Assembly (NCBI GenBank): GCA_046723475.1
Contig: JBKOUQ010000147.1
Coordinates: 23,487-87,486 of the forward strand
Source of the DNA: Candidatus Methylomirabilota bacterium
Lineage (GTDB): Bacteria; Methylomirabilota; Methylomirabilia; Rokubacteriales; CSP1-6
Direction: 5' to 3'
Length of the DNA stretch: 64,000 nt
In this document: positions 54,614-64,000 of the stretch, piece by piece
Layout of the letters: every line of letters starts with the position of its first letter
Position numbering within the stretch: position 1 is the first letter of the stretch
The notes under the pieces: model-generated
Seen by the model: only the letters and a program-made list of their open reading frames with translations
Database searches by the model: none
Told to the model about the DNA's origin: nothing
Program-made: the position numbers and the translations under genes

Positions 54614-56529
54614 GCGTGTCGTCCTTTCGTGTGCGCGAGCAGGCCACCCGCGAGCAGGATGTCGCGTTCGCGCGGCGTGAGCACGCAGGACGCCGTGAAC
54701 GCGACGCCCGTGCGCGTGTTCACCACCCGCACGCGAGTCCCGGCCTCCAGAGAGCCGCGCAAGTTGTCGAGCCGCAGCCGATCGTCGCGCTCCACACCGT
54801 CGTACGCCGCCGGATCGTCGAAGGTCAGGGGCACGACGCCCCAGTTCACGAGGTTCGCGCGATGGATGCGCGCGAATGATTTGGCGATGACCGCGCGCAC
54901 GCCAAGATGCATCGGCGCGATCGCGGCGACCTCGCGCGACGAACCCTGGCCGTAAAGCTCCCCGCCCACGATGATGCTGCGACCCGCAGCACGGGCGCGC
55001 CCCACGAACTCGGCATCGACGTACTTGAACGAGAACTCCGCGATGGCGGGGACGTTCGAGCGAAACATCAGCGCCGCGGCGCCGGCGGGTGAGATGTCGT
55101 CCGTCGAGATCTTGTCGCCGAGCTTCAGCAGCACGGGTGCCTCGAGCGCGGTCGCGACCGGCTCCCCGAGCGGAACCGGCTTGATGTTCGGGCCGCGCAC
55201 AACCTCGCCACCGCCGTCCGGCGGCACGAATCCGACGTCGGACGCCGCGAACCGCTCCGGCAGCGTCACCCGCGCTTCGGCGCCGAGGGTGCGCGGATCG
55301 GTGATCACCCCGGTCACGGCGGACGCGGCCGCCACCAGCGACGAGCAGAGGTAGATCGCGTCGTCCTTCACCCCGCTGCGTCCGGCGAAGTTTCGGTTGA
55401 ACGCGCGCAGGCTGCGCGTGCCGGCGGCGGGGACGTGGCCGAGCCCTGCGCACGAGCCGCAGCTCGGCTCGGAGACGAGCACGCCGGCGGCGAGCAGGTC
55501 GGCGAGCAGCCCCTCGCGCGCCATCGTTTCGAGAATCCGATGACTGCCCGGAAACAGCACGAACGACAGCGAGGGATGCACGCGCCGGCCGCGAATCACG
55601 TTCGTCACGGACGCCATGTCGTGCCACGAGCCGTTCGTGCAGGAGCCGACGGTGACCTGCTCGATCGGCGTCCCCGCGACCTCTTCCACCGGCACGACGT
55701 TGTCCGGCGAGCCGGGCTTGGCGACGAGCGGCGTGATCGCCGACAGATCGAGCTCGATGTGCTCGTCGTACTCGGCGTCGTCGTCCGCCTGCACTGGTCG
55801 CCATGCATCACCACGGCCCAGGCGGGTGAGGAACGAGCGCGTGACCTCGTCGCTCGGGAACACGCTGGTCGTCAGCGTCAGTTCCGCGCCCATGTTCGCG
55901 ATGGTCATGCGCTGCGCGGCGAGCAGGGTTGCGACTCCGGGCCCAGCGTATTCGAAAATCTTGCCGTTACCACCGCGCACCGAGTACCGGCGCAGCAGCT
56001 CGAGGATCACGTCCTTCGCGGTGACCCATGGCGAGAGCCGTCCCGTCAGCCACACGCGGACGACCGCGGGCATCGTGAGGAAGTACGGGCCTCCGCCCAT
56101 GGCGACCGCGACGTCGAGCCCACCCGCCCCGATGGCGAGCATGCCCGCGGCGCCGCACAGCGGCGTGTGACTGTCGCTGCCGAGCAGGAGCTCGCCGGGC
56201 ACGGAGAACGTCTCCATGTGCACCTGATGGCAGATGCCGTTGCCCGGCTTGCTGAACACCGCGCCGTATTTGCGCGACGCCGCCTGCATGTAGCGATGAT
56301 CGTCGGAGTTGCGCGAATCGACCTGGTACACCTGGTGATCGATGTAGGTGACGACGCGGTTCGGCACGACGCGCGGGAAACTCATCGCCTCGAATTGCAG
56401 CCACGACTGGATACCGTTGGTGTCCGTCAACAAGACTTGATCGGCGCGCAGACCGATCTCCTCGCCGGCCACGGGCTTGCCCGCGACGAGATGCGCTTCG
56501 ATGAGTTTGCGTGTGAGGCTCAGGGGCAT
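54610..56529 (-). CDS. Aconitase-family hydratase (fused large and swivel domains; AcnD/LeuCD-like)
   Basis: 639 aa with GICHQVHME, Fe-S Cys ligands (GSCTNGS ... SCGSCAG) and a C-terminal swivel domain. Confidence 0.85.
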   Translation of the reverse strand: MPLSLTRKLIEAHLVAGKPVAGEEIGLRADQVLLTDTNGIQSWLQFEAMSFPRVVPNRVVTYIDHQVYQVDSRNSDDHRYMQAASRKYGAVFSKPGNGICHQVHMETFSVPGELLLGSDSHTPLCGAAGMLAIGAGGLDVAVAMGGGPYFLTMPAVVRVWLTGRLSPWVTAKDVILELLRRYSVRGGNGKIFEYAGPGVATLLAAQRMTIANMGAELTLTTSVFPSDEVTRSFLTRLGRGDAWRPVQADDDAEYDEHIELDLSAITPLVAKPGSPDNVVPVEEVAGTPIEQVTVGSCTNGSWHDMASVTNVIRGRRVHPSLSFVLFPGSHRILETMAREGLLADLLAAGVLVSEPSCGSCAGLGHVPAAGTRSLRAFNRNFAGRSGVKDDAIYLCSSLVAAASAVTGVITDPRTLGAEARVTLPERFAASDVGFVPPDGGGEVVRGPNIKPVPLGEPVATALEAPVLLKLGDKISTDDISPAGAAALMFRSNVPAIAEFSFKYVDAEFVGRARAAGRSIIVGGELYGQGSSREVAAIAPMHLGVRAVIAKSFARIHRANLVNWGVVPLTFDDPAAYDGVERDDRLRLDNLRGSLEAGTRVRVVNTRTGVAFTASCVLTPRERDILLAGGLLAHTKGRHA

Positions 56530-56620
56530 GTGCGCTCTACCGAATCGTTGTAGCGGGGGCCGCTTACACGGCTAGGGCCGTGGGTGGCCTGCTCGAGATG
56601 GCGCCCGGCTCCGTGCACGA

Positions 56621-57754
56621 TCAACGCTTACTCATATCCACAAAAGGTCGGCGGGTGGGGCCGACGTACTCGGCGCGCGGGCGGATGAGCCGGTTGTCGT
56701 CATGCTGCTCGACGATGTTGGCGCTCCAGCCCGCAATGCGGCCGGCCGCGATCACCGGCGTGAACAGGTCCACCGGGATGCCGAGCGAGTAGAAGAGCGG
56801 CGCGGAATAGAAGTCGACGTTCGGGATCAGACCTTTCGCGCGGCCGATGCGGTCGTGCAGCTTCACGGCCATCTCGTACCACTTGAACTGCCCCGACTCG
56901 CGACACGCCTGCTCGGCCATGCCTTTGAGAATGGCCGCGCGCGGATCGCCGGCCTTGTACACGCGATGGCCGAAGCCCATGAGACGGCGCTTCTCGGCGA
57001 GCGCCTTCTCGGTGAAGGCATCCACGTTGGCGACCTCGCCGATCTCCATCAGCGTGCGCATGACGGCTTCGCCGGCGCCGCCGTGCAGCGGTCCCTTGAG
57101 CGCGCCGACGCCGCCGGCAACCGCGGAGTGCATGTCCGATTGCGTCGACACGATCGTCCGCGTGGTGAACGTGGAGGCATTGAGCTCGTGCTCGGCGTAG
57201 AGCGTGAGGCTCGCATCGAACGCCTTGACCGCCGCCGTGCCCGGGCGCTGGCCGCTCAGCATATAGAGGAAGTTCGCCGCATGGCCGAGCCCGGCGACCG
57301 GCGAAACCGGATCCTGGCCGCTGCGCACGCGGTGGTGGGCGCAGATCGCCGTAGCGATCTGGCTCGTGAGGCGAATCGCCTTGCGCACGTTCGCCGCGTG
57401 AGAATTGTCCGTAGCGTCCGGATCGGACATGCCGAGGATCGCAACAGCGGCCTGCAGCACACGCATCGGATCGGTGGCCTTCGGCATGAGCCGAAACGCC
57501 TGGACGAGCTCACGCGGGATCTCACGCGCCGCGGACAGCGCGACGGTGAAGCCGTCGAGCAGTGCGGCCTTCGGCAGCTCCCCGTGCAGCAGCAGGTACG
57601 TCACTTCTTCGAACGTCGCCTTGCGCGCGAGCTCGTCGATGTCGTAGCCGACGTAGGCGAGACGACCGTTCTTGCCGTCGAGATCGCACAGGCGCGTCTC
57701 GGCCGCGACGACGCCCTCGAGTCCACGGATCAGCGTGCTGTCTTCCTTGCTCAT
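56621..57754 (-). CDS. Citrate synthase family (2-methylcitrate synthase-like)
   Basis: Start MSKEDSTLIRGLEGVVAAETRL (aa 50 of the track ORF). LYAEHELNASTFTTR, GFGHRVYKAGDPRA and catalytic His/Asp context. Confidence 0.9.
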   Translation of the reverse strand: MSKEDSTLIRGLEGVVAAETRLCDLDGKNGRLAYVGYDIDELARKATFEEVTYLLLHGELPKAALLDGFTVALSAAREIPRELVQAFRLMPKATDPMRVLQAAVAILGMSDPDATDNSHAANVRKAIRLTSQIATAICAHHRVRSGQDPVSPVAGLGHAANFLYMLSGQRPGTAAVKAFDASLTLYAEHELNASTFTTRTIVSTQSDMHSAVAGGVGALKGPLHGGAGEAVMRTLMEIGEVANVDAFTEKALAEKRRLMGFGHRVYKAGDPRAAILKGMAEQACRESGQFKWYEMAVKLHDRIGRAKGLIPNVDFYSAPLFYSLGIPVDLFTPVIAAGRIAGWSANIVEQHDDNRLIRPRAEYVGPTRRPFVDMSKR

Positions 57755-57866
57755 GCTCGATCCTCTTGCCGCCGGAATAGGTCTCGACGGTATACCGCCG
57801 CCCCGAGGCCCGCAAGCACGCGGCGCGCGTCCTGACGTCGGTGGAGAGGCGCGGCGAAGGAGGAGG

Positions 57867-58151
57867 CTAGCGACGCTTGCGGTCGGGCTCGCGGCCGACA
57901 TCGGTGCGGCCGGGGCGATCGGCTTGCGTGTCGTCGGGCGAGAAGCACGTGCCGGAGGTCGGCATCCGGTTGCAGTCGCGGCGCGCGGCCTCGGCGGCGG
58001 GACCCTGCAGCTTCTTGGCGCGCGCGAGGCACTCCGCCTGCGGGTTGCACGTGTACGGCTTGCCGTTGCCGCCGTCGCGGCCGCCGGCGTAGGCGAGGGG
58101 CGGCGTGGCGACGATGAGCATCAACGCGACGGCGACGAGCGCAGCGGTCAT
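57867..58151 (-). CDS. Small secreted Cys-containing protein
   Basis: MTAALVAVALMLIVATPPLAYAGG signal peptide. 4 Cys in 70 aa (CNPQAEC...C...C). The first 135 aa of the track ORF are rejected. Confidence 0.4.
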   Translation of the reverse strand: MTAALVAVALMLIVATPPLAYAGGRDGGNGKPYTCNPQAECLARAKKLQGPAAEAARRDCNRMPTSGTCFSPDDTQADRPGRTDVGREPDRKRR

Positions 58152-58216
58152 GCGGTCATTGTCCTCGAACCGTGTGACGCCTGTCGAGTGATCGATATTC
58201 AACCACCGTCGACGCG

Positions 58217-59167
58217 CTACGTCGGTCGGCGCACGCCAAACACGGGGAACACCGTCTCCGCGAACGCGTGCAGCGCATCCCAATCGTACGGCCCTTCGCG
58301 AAACGCGATGTTCACGCGGACGCACCCGGCGTCGCGAAACCGCATGAGCATCGGGAGCACCTCCTTCGGGGTGCCGCGCAGGAAGCCGTCGCGCGGGTCC
58401 TTGCCGAAGTGCGACTGGAAGATCTGCTCGCCGCGCGCCGCGCCGTTGGCGTCGGCGCCGAGGTAGAAGCCGAGGTTCACCGTCCGCGCAATCGTCTTCG
58501 GATCGCGCCCTTCCGTCTCGCACCAGCGGTCGAGCACGCGCCCTTTGGCGGTCCATTCATCCGGGCCGATGTAGGGCGCGTTCCAGCCGTCGGCGTACTT
58601 CGCCGCCGCGCGCAGCGTGCGCTTCTCGCCGCGTCCGCCGATCCAGATCGGCACGCGCGGCTGCAGCGGCTTGGGATTGTTCGGCGCGTTCTCGAGCCGG
58701 AAGTGCGTGCCTGAGAAGCTGGCTCGTCGCGACTCCGTGTCGAACAGCATGCGCATGACCTGGGCGTATTCCTCGAGCATGTTTTCACGCACGCCGATGC
58801 GCGGCCACGCATAGCCGTACGCCTTCGCCTCCGCCTCGTGCCAGCCCGCGCCGAGGCCGCAGTCGACGCGGCCGTGGGAGAGATGATCGATGGTCGTGAG
58901 GGACTTGGCGTGCAGGCCGGGATTGCGGTAGGCGACGCAGTACACGAGCGCGCCGAGGCGCACGTGTCGCGTCTCGACGGCCGCCGCCGTCAGCGTGCTG
59001 ATCGCCTCGAAGCAGTCGATCTCCCCGCCGCGCGGGGGCGACTCCTGAAAGTGATCGGAGACGGAGAACCAGTCGAAGCCGGCGCTGTCGGCGAACTTCC
59101 ACAGCCGGCGCATTTCCTCGAGCGGACCGCCCATGTGACCGATATGGATGCCGAAGCTCATCGACAT
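58217..59167 (-). CDS. Luciferase-like monooxygenase (LLM)/F420-dependent oxidoreductase
   Basis: Start MSMSFGIHIGHMGG (ATG 59167). SVSDHF, VYCVAYRNPGLHAKSLTTIDHLSHGRVDCGLGAGW. Confidence 0.8.
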   Translation of the reverse strand: MSMSFGIHIGHMGGPLEEMRRLWKFADSAGFDWFSVSDHFQESPPRGGEIDCFEAISTLTAAAVETRHVRLGALVYCVAYRNPGLHAKSLTTIDHLSHGRVDCGLGAGWHEAEAKAYGYAWPRIGVRENMLEEYAQVMRMLFDTESRRASFSGTHFRLENAPNNPKPLQPRVPIWIGGRGEKRTLRAAAKYADGWNAPYIGPDEWTAKGRVLDRWCETEGRDPKTIARTVNLGFYLGADANGAARGEQIFQSHFGKDPRDGFLRGTPKEVLPMLMRFRDAGCVRVNIAFREGPYDWDALHAFAETVFPVFGVRRPT

Positions 59168-59175
59168 CGCGCGCC

Positions 59176-60849
59176 TCAGCTGAACGACGGATCGACGCGG
59201 ACGTCGATCAGCATGGGGCCGCCGCTGGCGAGCGCGCGGCCCACGGCCGGCCCGACGTCGGCCGCCTTCTCCACCCGCTCGCCGGCCACGCCGAGCGAGC
59301 GCGCGAGGCCGACGTAGTCGATCGCCGGATCGACGAGGTCCATCGCCACGTACGTGTCGTCCTCGGCGGAGAAGCCCTTGAGCGCCTTCGTGCGCTCCTT
59401 GAGGATCCGATACGAGCCGTTGTTGATGATGACGTACACGATGGCGAGCGATTCGTGCGCCGCCGTCCACAGCGCCTGCGCGGTGTACATCGCGCTGCCG
59501 TCGCCGACGAGCGCGAGCACCGGCCGACGGGGTAGCGCGAGCTTGACACCGAGCGCCGCGGGGAGGCCCCAGCCGATGCCTCCGCCGCGGAGGCTGAAGA
59601 ACGACTTCGCGTCCGCGCAGCGGAAGAAGTTGCGGATGCCGGGCGACGACGAGATGGCCTCGTCGACGATGACCACGTCGTCGGGCACCACCTGCGAGAC
59701 GGCGTGAACGAGCGCGAGCGGCGCCATCGGCGACTTCCGGGCGTCGTCCGCGGCGCGTCGCGCGAGGTCGTCGCGCTCGCGCGCGTGCTTCGCCATGAGC
59801 GCCTCGCGGCGCTTGCCCGCGTCGGGGTGACCGGTCTTCCCGGCGTGCCGGCGGACGGCCTCACACAGCTCGGGCAGCGACGCCTTGGGGTCGCCCTGGA
59901 TCGCAACGGTGGCGGGATAGTTCTTGCCGAGCTCCCACGGATCGACGTCGAGATGCACAACGTCGAGACCCGGCGGCATGGGGTCCACGTCAGAGGGCAG
60001 CGAGAGCGTGAACAGATCGCCACCCACCGAAAACAGCAGGTCGTGGCGCATGAGCAGACCTTTGATGCCGGGACCGAGCCGCGGCATCGATCCGGCATAG
60101 AGTGGGTGCGTGAACGGAAAGCTGCACGTCGACGACACACCCTCGAGCATCACGGGCGCGCCGATGAGCTCGGCAAGCGCGACGAGCTCCGCCAGCGCAT
60201 CGCTGTGCGCGACCGCGTCGCCGGCCACGATGAGCGGCGCGCTCGCGGCGACGAGCCGCCGCGCCGCCTCGTCGACGGCGGCGCGATCGCCGACCAGGCC
60301 CGGCGCCACGCGCGTTGGCGCGAGCAGATCGAGGTTGTCGCGCTCCGCGTTCAGCACGTCGACGGGCAGTGACAAGAACACGGGCCCGCTCGGCTGTGCC
60401 AGCGCGGTCTTGACGGCACGACGAACGATGCGCGGCAGGTCCTCGAGGCGGCGCGCCTCCGTCGACCATTTCACGTATGGCGTCGCGACCGGTGGCAAGT
60501 CGGACCAGAGAATCGGCTCCGTCACCGTGAAGCATTGATCGTGCTGTCCGGCCGTGAGGAGCAGCGGCGAATGCGCCTTGTAGGCGTCGTAGAGCATGCC
60601 CATCGCGTTGCCGAGGCCCGGTGAGACGTGAACGTTGACGGCGGCAAGGCCGCCATGGGCCTGCGCGTAGCCGTCGGCCATCGAGATCGCGACCGCTTCC
60701 TGCAGTGCCAAGACGTAGCGGATGCCGGGCTCGCGGGCGAGGCCGTCCATCAGCGGCAGCTCGGTCGTGCCCGGGTTGCCGAACATCACGGACACCCCCT
60801 CGCTTTTGAGAATCTCGAGGAAGGCTTGCTTGCCGGAAATGTATGCCAT
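59176..60849 (-). CDS. Thiamine-pyrophosphate enzyme (acetolactate synthase/benzoylformate decarboxylase family)
   Basis: N-terminal TPP-Pyr domain (VMFGNPGTTELPLMD), central domain, and C-terminal TPP-binding GDG..(N) motif LVGDGSAMYTAQALWTAAHESLAIVYVIINNGSY. Confidence 0.9.
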   Translation of the reverse strand: MAYISGKQAFLEILKSEGVSVMFGNPGTTELPLMDGLAREPGIRYVLALQEAVAISMADGYAQAHGGLAAVNVHVSPGLGNAMGMLYDAYKAHSPLLLTAGQHDQCFTVTEPILWSDLPPVATPYVKWSTEARRLEDLPRIVRRAVKTALAQPSGPVFLSLPVDVLNAERDNLDLLAPTRVAPGLVGDRAAVDEAARRLVAASAPLIVAGDAVAHSDALAELVALAELIGAPVMLEGVSSTCSFPFTHPLYAGSMPRLGPGIKGLLMRHDLLFSVGGDLFTLSLPSDVDPMPPGLDVVHLDVDPWELGKNYPATVAIQGDPKASLPELCEAVRRHAGKTGHPDAGKRREALMAKHARERDDLARRAADDARKSPMAPLALVHAVSQVVPDDVVIVDEAISSSPGIRNFFRCADAKSFFSLRGGGIGWGLPAALGVKLALPRRPVLALVGDGSAMYTAQALWTAAHESLAIVYVIINNGSYRILKERTKALKGFSAEDDTYVAMDLVDPAIDYVGLARSLGVAGERVEKAADVGPAVGRALASGGPMLIDVRVDPSFS

Positions 60850-60901
60850 GGCGGGGGATCATAAACCTCGCCGTGAGTTGATTCCAGCCCGGCTGCCTGC
60901 G

Positions 60902-61942
60902 ATGCTCTCGCCCGTGTCCGACGCCCCGCTGCTGCTCGCCGCACGCCTCAAGCCGACGCCCTTCACCCCCGTGTGGCTCATGCGTCAGGCGGGTCGTTAC
61001 CTGCCGGAGTACCGCGCGATCCGCGCGCGTCATTCGTTTCTGGATCTGTGCCGGACGCCCTCCGCGGCCGCCGAGGTGACGCTGCAGCCGATCGAGCGGC
61101 TCGGCGTGGACGCCGCGATTCTGTTCGCCGACATTCTTCTGGTCCTCGAGCCGCTCGGTGTGGGACTGGAGTTTGCGAAGGGCGAGGGGCCGGTGATCCG
61201 TCATCCGATCCGGACCGAGGCCGACGTCGCGCGGCTTGCGCCGATCGACGTCGCGAGCGCCATCGGGTTCGTGTTCGAGACGGTCCGGCTCGTCAGGCGC
61301 GCGCTGCCGGCGCAGGTGGCGCTCATCGGGTTTGCGGGAGCGCCGTTCACCGTCGCGTCCTACGTCGTCGAGGGCGGCGCGTCGCGCGACTATCTCGCCA
61401 CCAAGCGGCTGATGCGCGAGGCGCCCGCGGCGTGGCATCGACTCATGACGATCCTCGCCGAGGCGACCGCCGTCTATCTCAATGGCCAGATCGCTGCGGG
61501 CGCGCAGGCGGTGCAGGTGTTCGACTCGTGGATCGGCGCGCTCGCGCCCGACGACTACCGCGAGTTCGTGCTCCCGCACACGCGCGCGCTGATCGCGGCG
61601 CTCGCGCCCGGCACGCCGGTGATCCACTTCGGCACCGGCACGGCAGGGCTGTTGCCGCTGCTCCGCGAGGCCGGTGGCGATGTCTTCGGACTCGACTGGC
61701 GCGTGGACCTCGACGTCGGCTGGCGCGCCGTCGGCGACGATGTCGGCGTGCAGGGCAATCTCGACCCGGTCGCGCTGCTGTCGCCGCCGAAGACATTCGA
61801 GCCGGCGGTACGCGCGATCTTGCGCCGCGCGGGCGGTCGGCCGGGCCACATCTTCAACCTCGGCCACGGTGTGCTCCCATCGACGCCGGTGGAGCACGTC
61901 AAGGCGCTCGTCGACATGGTGCACGAGCTCTCCGCGCGGTGA
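60902..61942 (+). CDS. hemE: Uroporphyrinogen decarboxylase
   Basis: MLSPVSDAPLLLAARLKPTPFTPVWLMRQAGRYLPEY is the canonical HemE N-terminus. Start at aa 61 of the track ORF. Confidence 0.9.
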   Translation: MLSPVSDAPLLLAARLKPTPFTPVWLMRQAGRYLPEYRAIRARHSFLDLCRTPSAAAEVTLQPIERLGVDAAILFADILLVLEPLGVGLEFAKGEGPVIRHPIRTEADVARLAPIDVASAIGFVFETVRLVRRALPAQVALIGFAGAPFTVASYVVEGGASRDYLATKRLMREAPAAWHRLMTILAEATAVYLNGQIAAGAQAVQVFDSWIGALAPDDYREFVLPHTRALIAALAPGTPVIHFGTGTAGLLPLLREAGGDVFGLDWRVDLDVGWRAVGDDVGVQGNLDPVALLSPPKTFEPAVRAILRRAGGRPGHIFNLGHGVLPSTPVEHVKALVDMVHELSAR

Positions 61943-62880
61943 GCATCGCCCCGCGTCCGTCGATCGATTCGGTGCTGCTGATCGCTTTCGGCGGACCGAC
62001 CACGCCCTCCGAGATTCGGCCGTTCCTGGACAACGTCGCGCGCGGTCGCCGCATCCCACGCGAGCGGCTCGACGAGGTGGCGCGCCACTACGAGGCGATG
62101 CCAGGCGGCCGCTCGCCTCTCAACGTGCTCACCGAGGCGCAGGCCGCGGGACTGCGCGCGCGACTCCCACGCCGCATGCCCGTGTACGTCGGCATGCGGA
62201 ACTGGCACCCGTATCTGCACGACACGCTGGCCGCGATGGCGCGGGATGGATGCCGTCGCGCACTGGGCGTCATTCTGTCGGCGTTTCGCTCTGAGGCGTC
62301 GTGGGACCGCTACATGACGGACGTCACCGGCGCCGCGGCGCGCGTGGCGGCGCCCCCCGAGGTGGTGTACGCACCGCCGTGGTTCGAGCATCCGCGCTTC
62401 ATCGCCGCCGTGGCCGATCGCGCGGCGCGAGCGCTGGCGGAAATCCCGCCCGATGCGCGCGACCGCACCCCCATCATCTTCACCGCCCATTCCATCCCGC
62501 GCGCGATGGCCGACGTGGCGCCGTACGTCGGCGACTTCACCGCGGCCGCCGATGCCGTCGCGCGCCGGCTCGGACACTCGCGCTGGACGCTGGCCTATCA
62601 GAGTCGGAGCGGAGCGCCGCACGACCCGTGGCTCGAGCCGGACGTCGGCGACACGATCCGCGATCTGGCCAAGGCCGGGGAGCAGCGCGTGCTCGTGGTC
62701 CCGATCGGGTTCGTGGTCGACCACGTCGAGATCCTGCACGACCTCGATACCGAGGCGCGTGCGATCGCCACGCAGCACGGCCTGGCGTACCATCGCGCGG
62801 CGGCCGTGAACGATCACCCGGAGTTCATCGCGATGCTCGGCGATCTCGTTGACGCTGCGCTCGAGCCAACGGCCCCGTGA
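61939..62880 (+). CDS. hemH: Ferrochelatase
   Basis: GTG start overlaps the hemE stop (GTGA). VLLIAFGGPTTPSEIRPFL... and conserved H(183)-like IFTAHSIP. Confidence 0.9.
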   Translation: MSIAPRPSIDSVLLIAFGGPTTPSEIRPFLDNVARGRRIPRERLDEVARHYEAMPGGRSPLNVLTEAQAAGLRARLPRRMPVYVGMRNWHPYLHDTLAAMARDGCRRALGVILSAFRSEASWDRYMTDVTGAAARVAAPPEVVYAPPWFEHPRFIAAVADRAARALAEIPPDARDRTPIIFTAHSIPRAMADVAPYVGDFTAAADAVARRLGHSRWTLAYQSRSGAPHDPWLEPDVGDTIRDLAKAGEQRVLVVPIGFVVDHVEILHDLDTEARAIATQHGLAYHRAAAVNDHPEFIAMLGDLVDAALEPTAP

Positions 62881-64000
62881 ACCTTGTCATCGTCGGCGGC
62901 GGAATCACGGCGCTCGCGGCCGCCCACCGCGCGGTCGAGCTCGCCCGCGAGCGCGGTGTGAATCTGGGGTTGCGCGTCGTCGAAGCGCGGCAACGGCTCG
63001 GCGGCACCATCGCGACCGAGCGGGTCGACGGCTTTGTCGTCGAGGCGGGCCCCGACTCGTTCCTGTCGGAAAAGCCCTGGGCGCTCGCGCTGTGCCGCCG
63101 GCTCGGTGTGGAAGCACAGCTGGTCCGCACCGACGACCGGTTCCGCAAAGTGCTCGTCTGGTTTCGCGGTCGCCTGCATCCGCTGCCCGACGGCTTCCAG
63201 CTTTTGGCACCGACACGGCTCGCACCATTCGCTACCTCGTCGCTGTTCTCGTGGCGCGGCAAGGCCCGCATGGCGCTCGATCTCGTGCTGCCGCGCGGCG
63301 GCGGCGCACTCGGCGGCGACGACGAGAGTCTTGGCGGATTCGTTCGACGGCGTCTCGGCACGGAGGCGCTGCAGCGCGTGGCGCAGCCGCTGGTCGCGGG
63401 CATCTACACCGCCGATCCCGACGACCTGAGTCTGGCCGCGACGATGCCGCGCTTCCTCGACGTCGAGCGACGCCACCGCTCGCTGATCCTCGGCCTGCGA
63501 CGCGCGCTCGCGCGCGCACCGCAGTCCGGTACGAGCGGCGCGCGCTGGAGCCTGTTCGTGACGTTCGCCGACGGCATGCAGACGCTCGTGCGCACGCTCG
63601 CCGACCGCCTCCCGAACAGCGCGGTGGTGCTCGGGCAGCGCGTCGCGGCGATCGAGCGCGTGGCGACGCGCTGGCGGCTGACCAGCACCGACGGCGTGCG
63701 CTTCGATGCCGATCACGTCGTGCTCGCGTGTGAGGCGCACGTGAGCGCGCGGCTGCTGCGCCACGTGGACCCCGCGCTCGCGACGCTGCTCGGCGACATC
63801 CCCTATGCGGGCGCGGCGACCGTGTCGCTCGGGTTCCGGCGCGCTGACGTGCCGCACCCGCTCGATGCGTTTGGCTTCGTGGTCCCGAGCAGCGAGGGGA
63901 AAGGCGTCCTCGCCGCAACGTTCTCGAGCGTGAAGTACCCGGGTCGCGCGCCTGCCGGCCACGTGCTGATCCGCTGTTTTCTCGGCGGCGCGCTGAACGC
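62877..64000 (+). CDS. hemY: Protoporphyrinogen oxidase (HemY/PPOX-type), 3'-partial at window end
   Basis: GTG start overlaps the hemH stop. VNLVIVGGGITALAAAHRA is the FAD dinucleotide-binding motif. The ORF runs off the window end, so it is absent from the ORF track. Confidence 0.8.
   Translation, partial: MNLVIVGGGITALAAAHRAVELARERGVNLGLRVVEARQRLGGTIATERVDGFVVEAGPDSFLSEKPWALALCRRLGVEAQLVRTDDRFRKVLVWFRGRLHPLPDGFQLLAPTRLAPFATSSLFSWRGKARMALDLVLPRGGGALGGDDESLGGFVRRRLGTEALQRVAQPLVAGIYTADPDDLSLAATMPRFLDVERRHRSLILGLRRALARAPQSGTSGARWSLFVTFADGMQTLVRTLADRLPNSAVVLGQRVAAIERVATRWRLTSTDGVRFDADHVVLACEAHVSARLLRHVDPALATLLGDIPYAGAATVSLGFRRADVPHPLDAFGFVVPSSEGKGVLAATFSSVKYPGRAPAGHVLIRCFLGGALN

Noticed and set aside
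62814-63962. Minus-strand ORFs antisense to hemY (62814..63962, 63232..63918, 62825..63403)
   Set aside because: The plus strand encodes a clear protoporphyrinogen oxidase with an FAD-binding motif, translationally coupled to hemH. The antisense ORFs are Arg-rich artefacts.
1-64000. CRISPR arrays, rRNA, tRNA, transposases, integrases, restriction-modification or other recognisable defence systems
   Set aside because: None were found on reading both strands. No IS-like inverted repeats or transposase motifs (DDE, HTH plus integrase) were seen. The only repeats are the two short tandem duplications reported.

Overview
This window comes from a ~70% GC bacterial chromosome, densely packed with translationally coupled genes, many with 4-nt ATGA/GTGA stop-start overlaps. 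I recognised these modules by protein motif reading:
(1) A Zn-dependent alcohol dehydrogenase and a class-III aminotransferase, followed by a family-5 (Dpp/Opp-type) ABC substrate-binding protein and two permeases with no ATPase genes.
(2) A ~950-bp lower-GC island (6001-6950) holding a small Cys-rich Zn-ribbon ORF pair, a hairpin terminator and a 19-bp tandem repeat, next to a C39-like cysteine peptidase.
(3) Two paralogous acyl-CoA modules, each with an enoyl-CoA hydratase, a family-III CoA-transferase, acyl-CoA dehydrogenase(s) and a MaoC hotdog dehydratase.
(4) A LemA-TPM-TPM trio.
(5) A second orphan Dpp-type transporter preceded by TerC, with a 33-bp tandem duplication at the TerC/dppB junction.
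(6) A long minus-strand supercluster running from a Liv-type ABC transporter, through a MetE-like protein and two adjacent candidate selenoprotein genes (a peroxiredoxin and a TlpA-like thioredoxin-fold protein), to a cupin, acyl-CoA enzymes, HMG-CoA lyase, an O-methyltransferase, an F420/LLM-type oxidoreductase and an SGNH hydrolase.
(7) A four-domain metallo-beta-lactamase/REC/cNMP-binding/GGDEF signalling protein.
(8) A methylcitrate-cycle-like cluster: citrate synthase, an aconitase-family hydratase and PrpF.
(9) A hemE-hemH-hemY operon running off the window end.
The most notable items are the two tandem genes whose in-frame TGA codons fall exactly on the catalytic cysteines of the peroxiredoxin FTxxC and thioredoxin WCxxC motifs, and a bSECIS-like hairpin follows the TlpA-like TGA. 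Other notable items are the low-GC Cys-rich mini-operon, the unusual multidomain GGDEF protein, and an HExxH metallopeptidase/DinB fusion. No rRNA, tRNA or CRISPR array was recognised. The giant Arg-rich ORFs in the track are antisense artefacts of the high GC content. My absolute coordinates can be off by 1-2 nt, because some are derived from track ORF ends plus amino-acid offsets.
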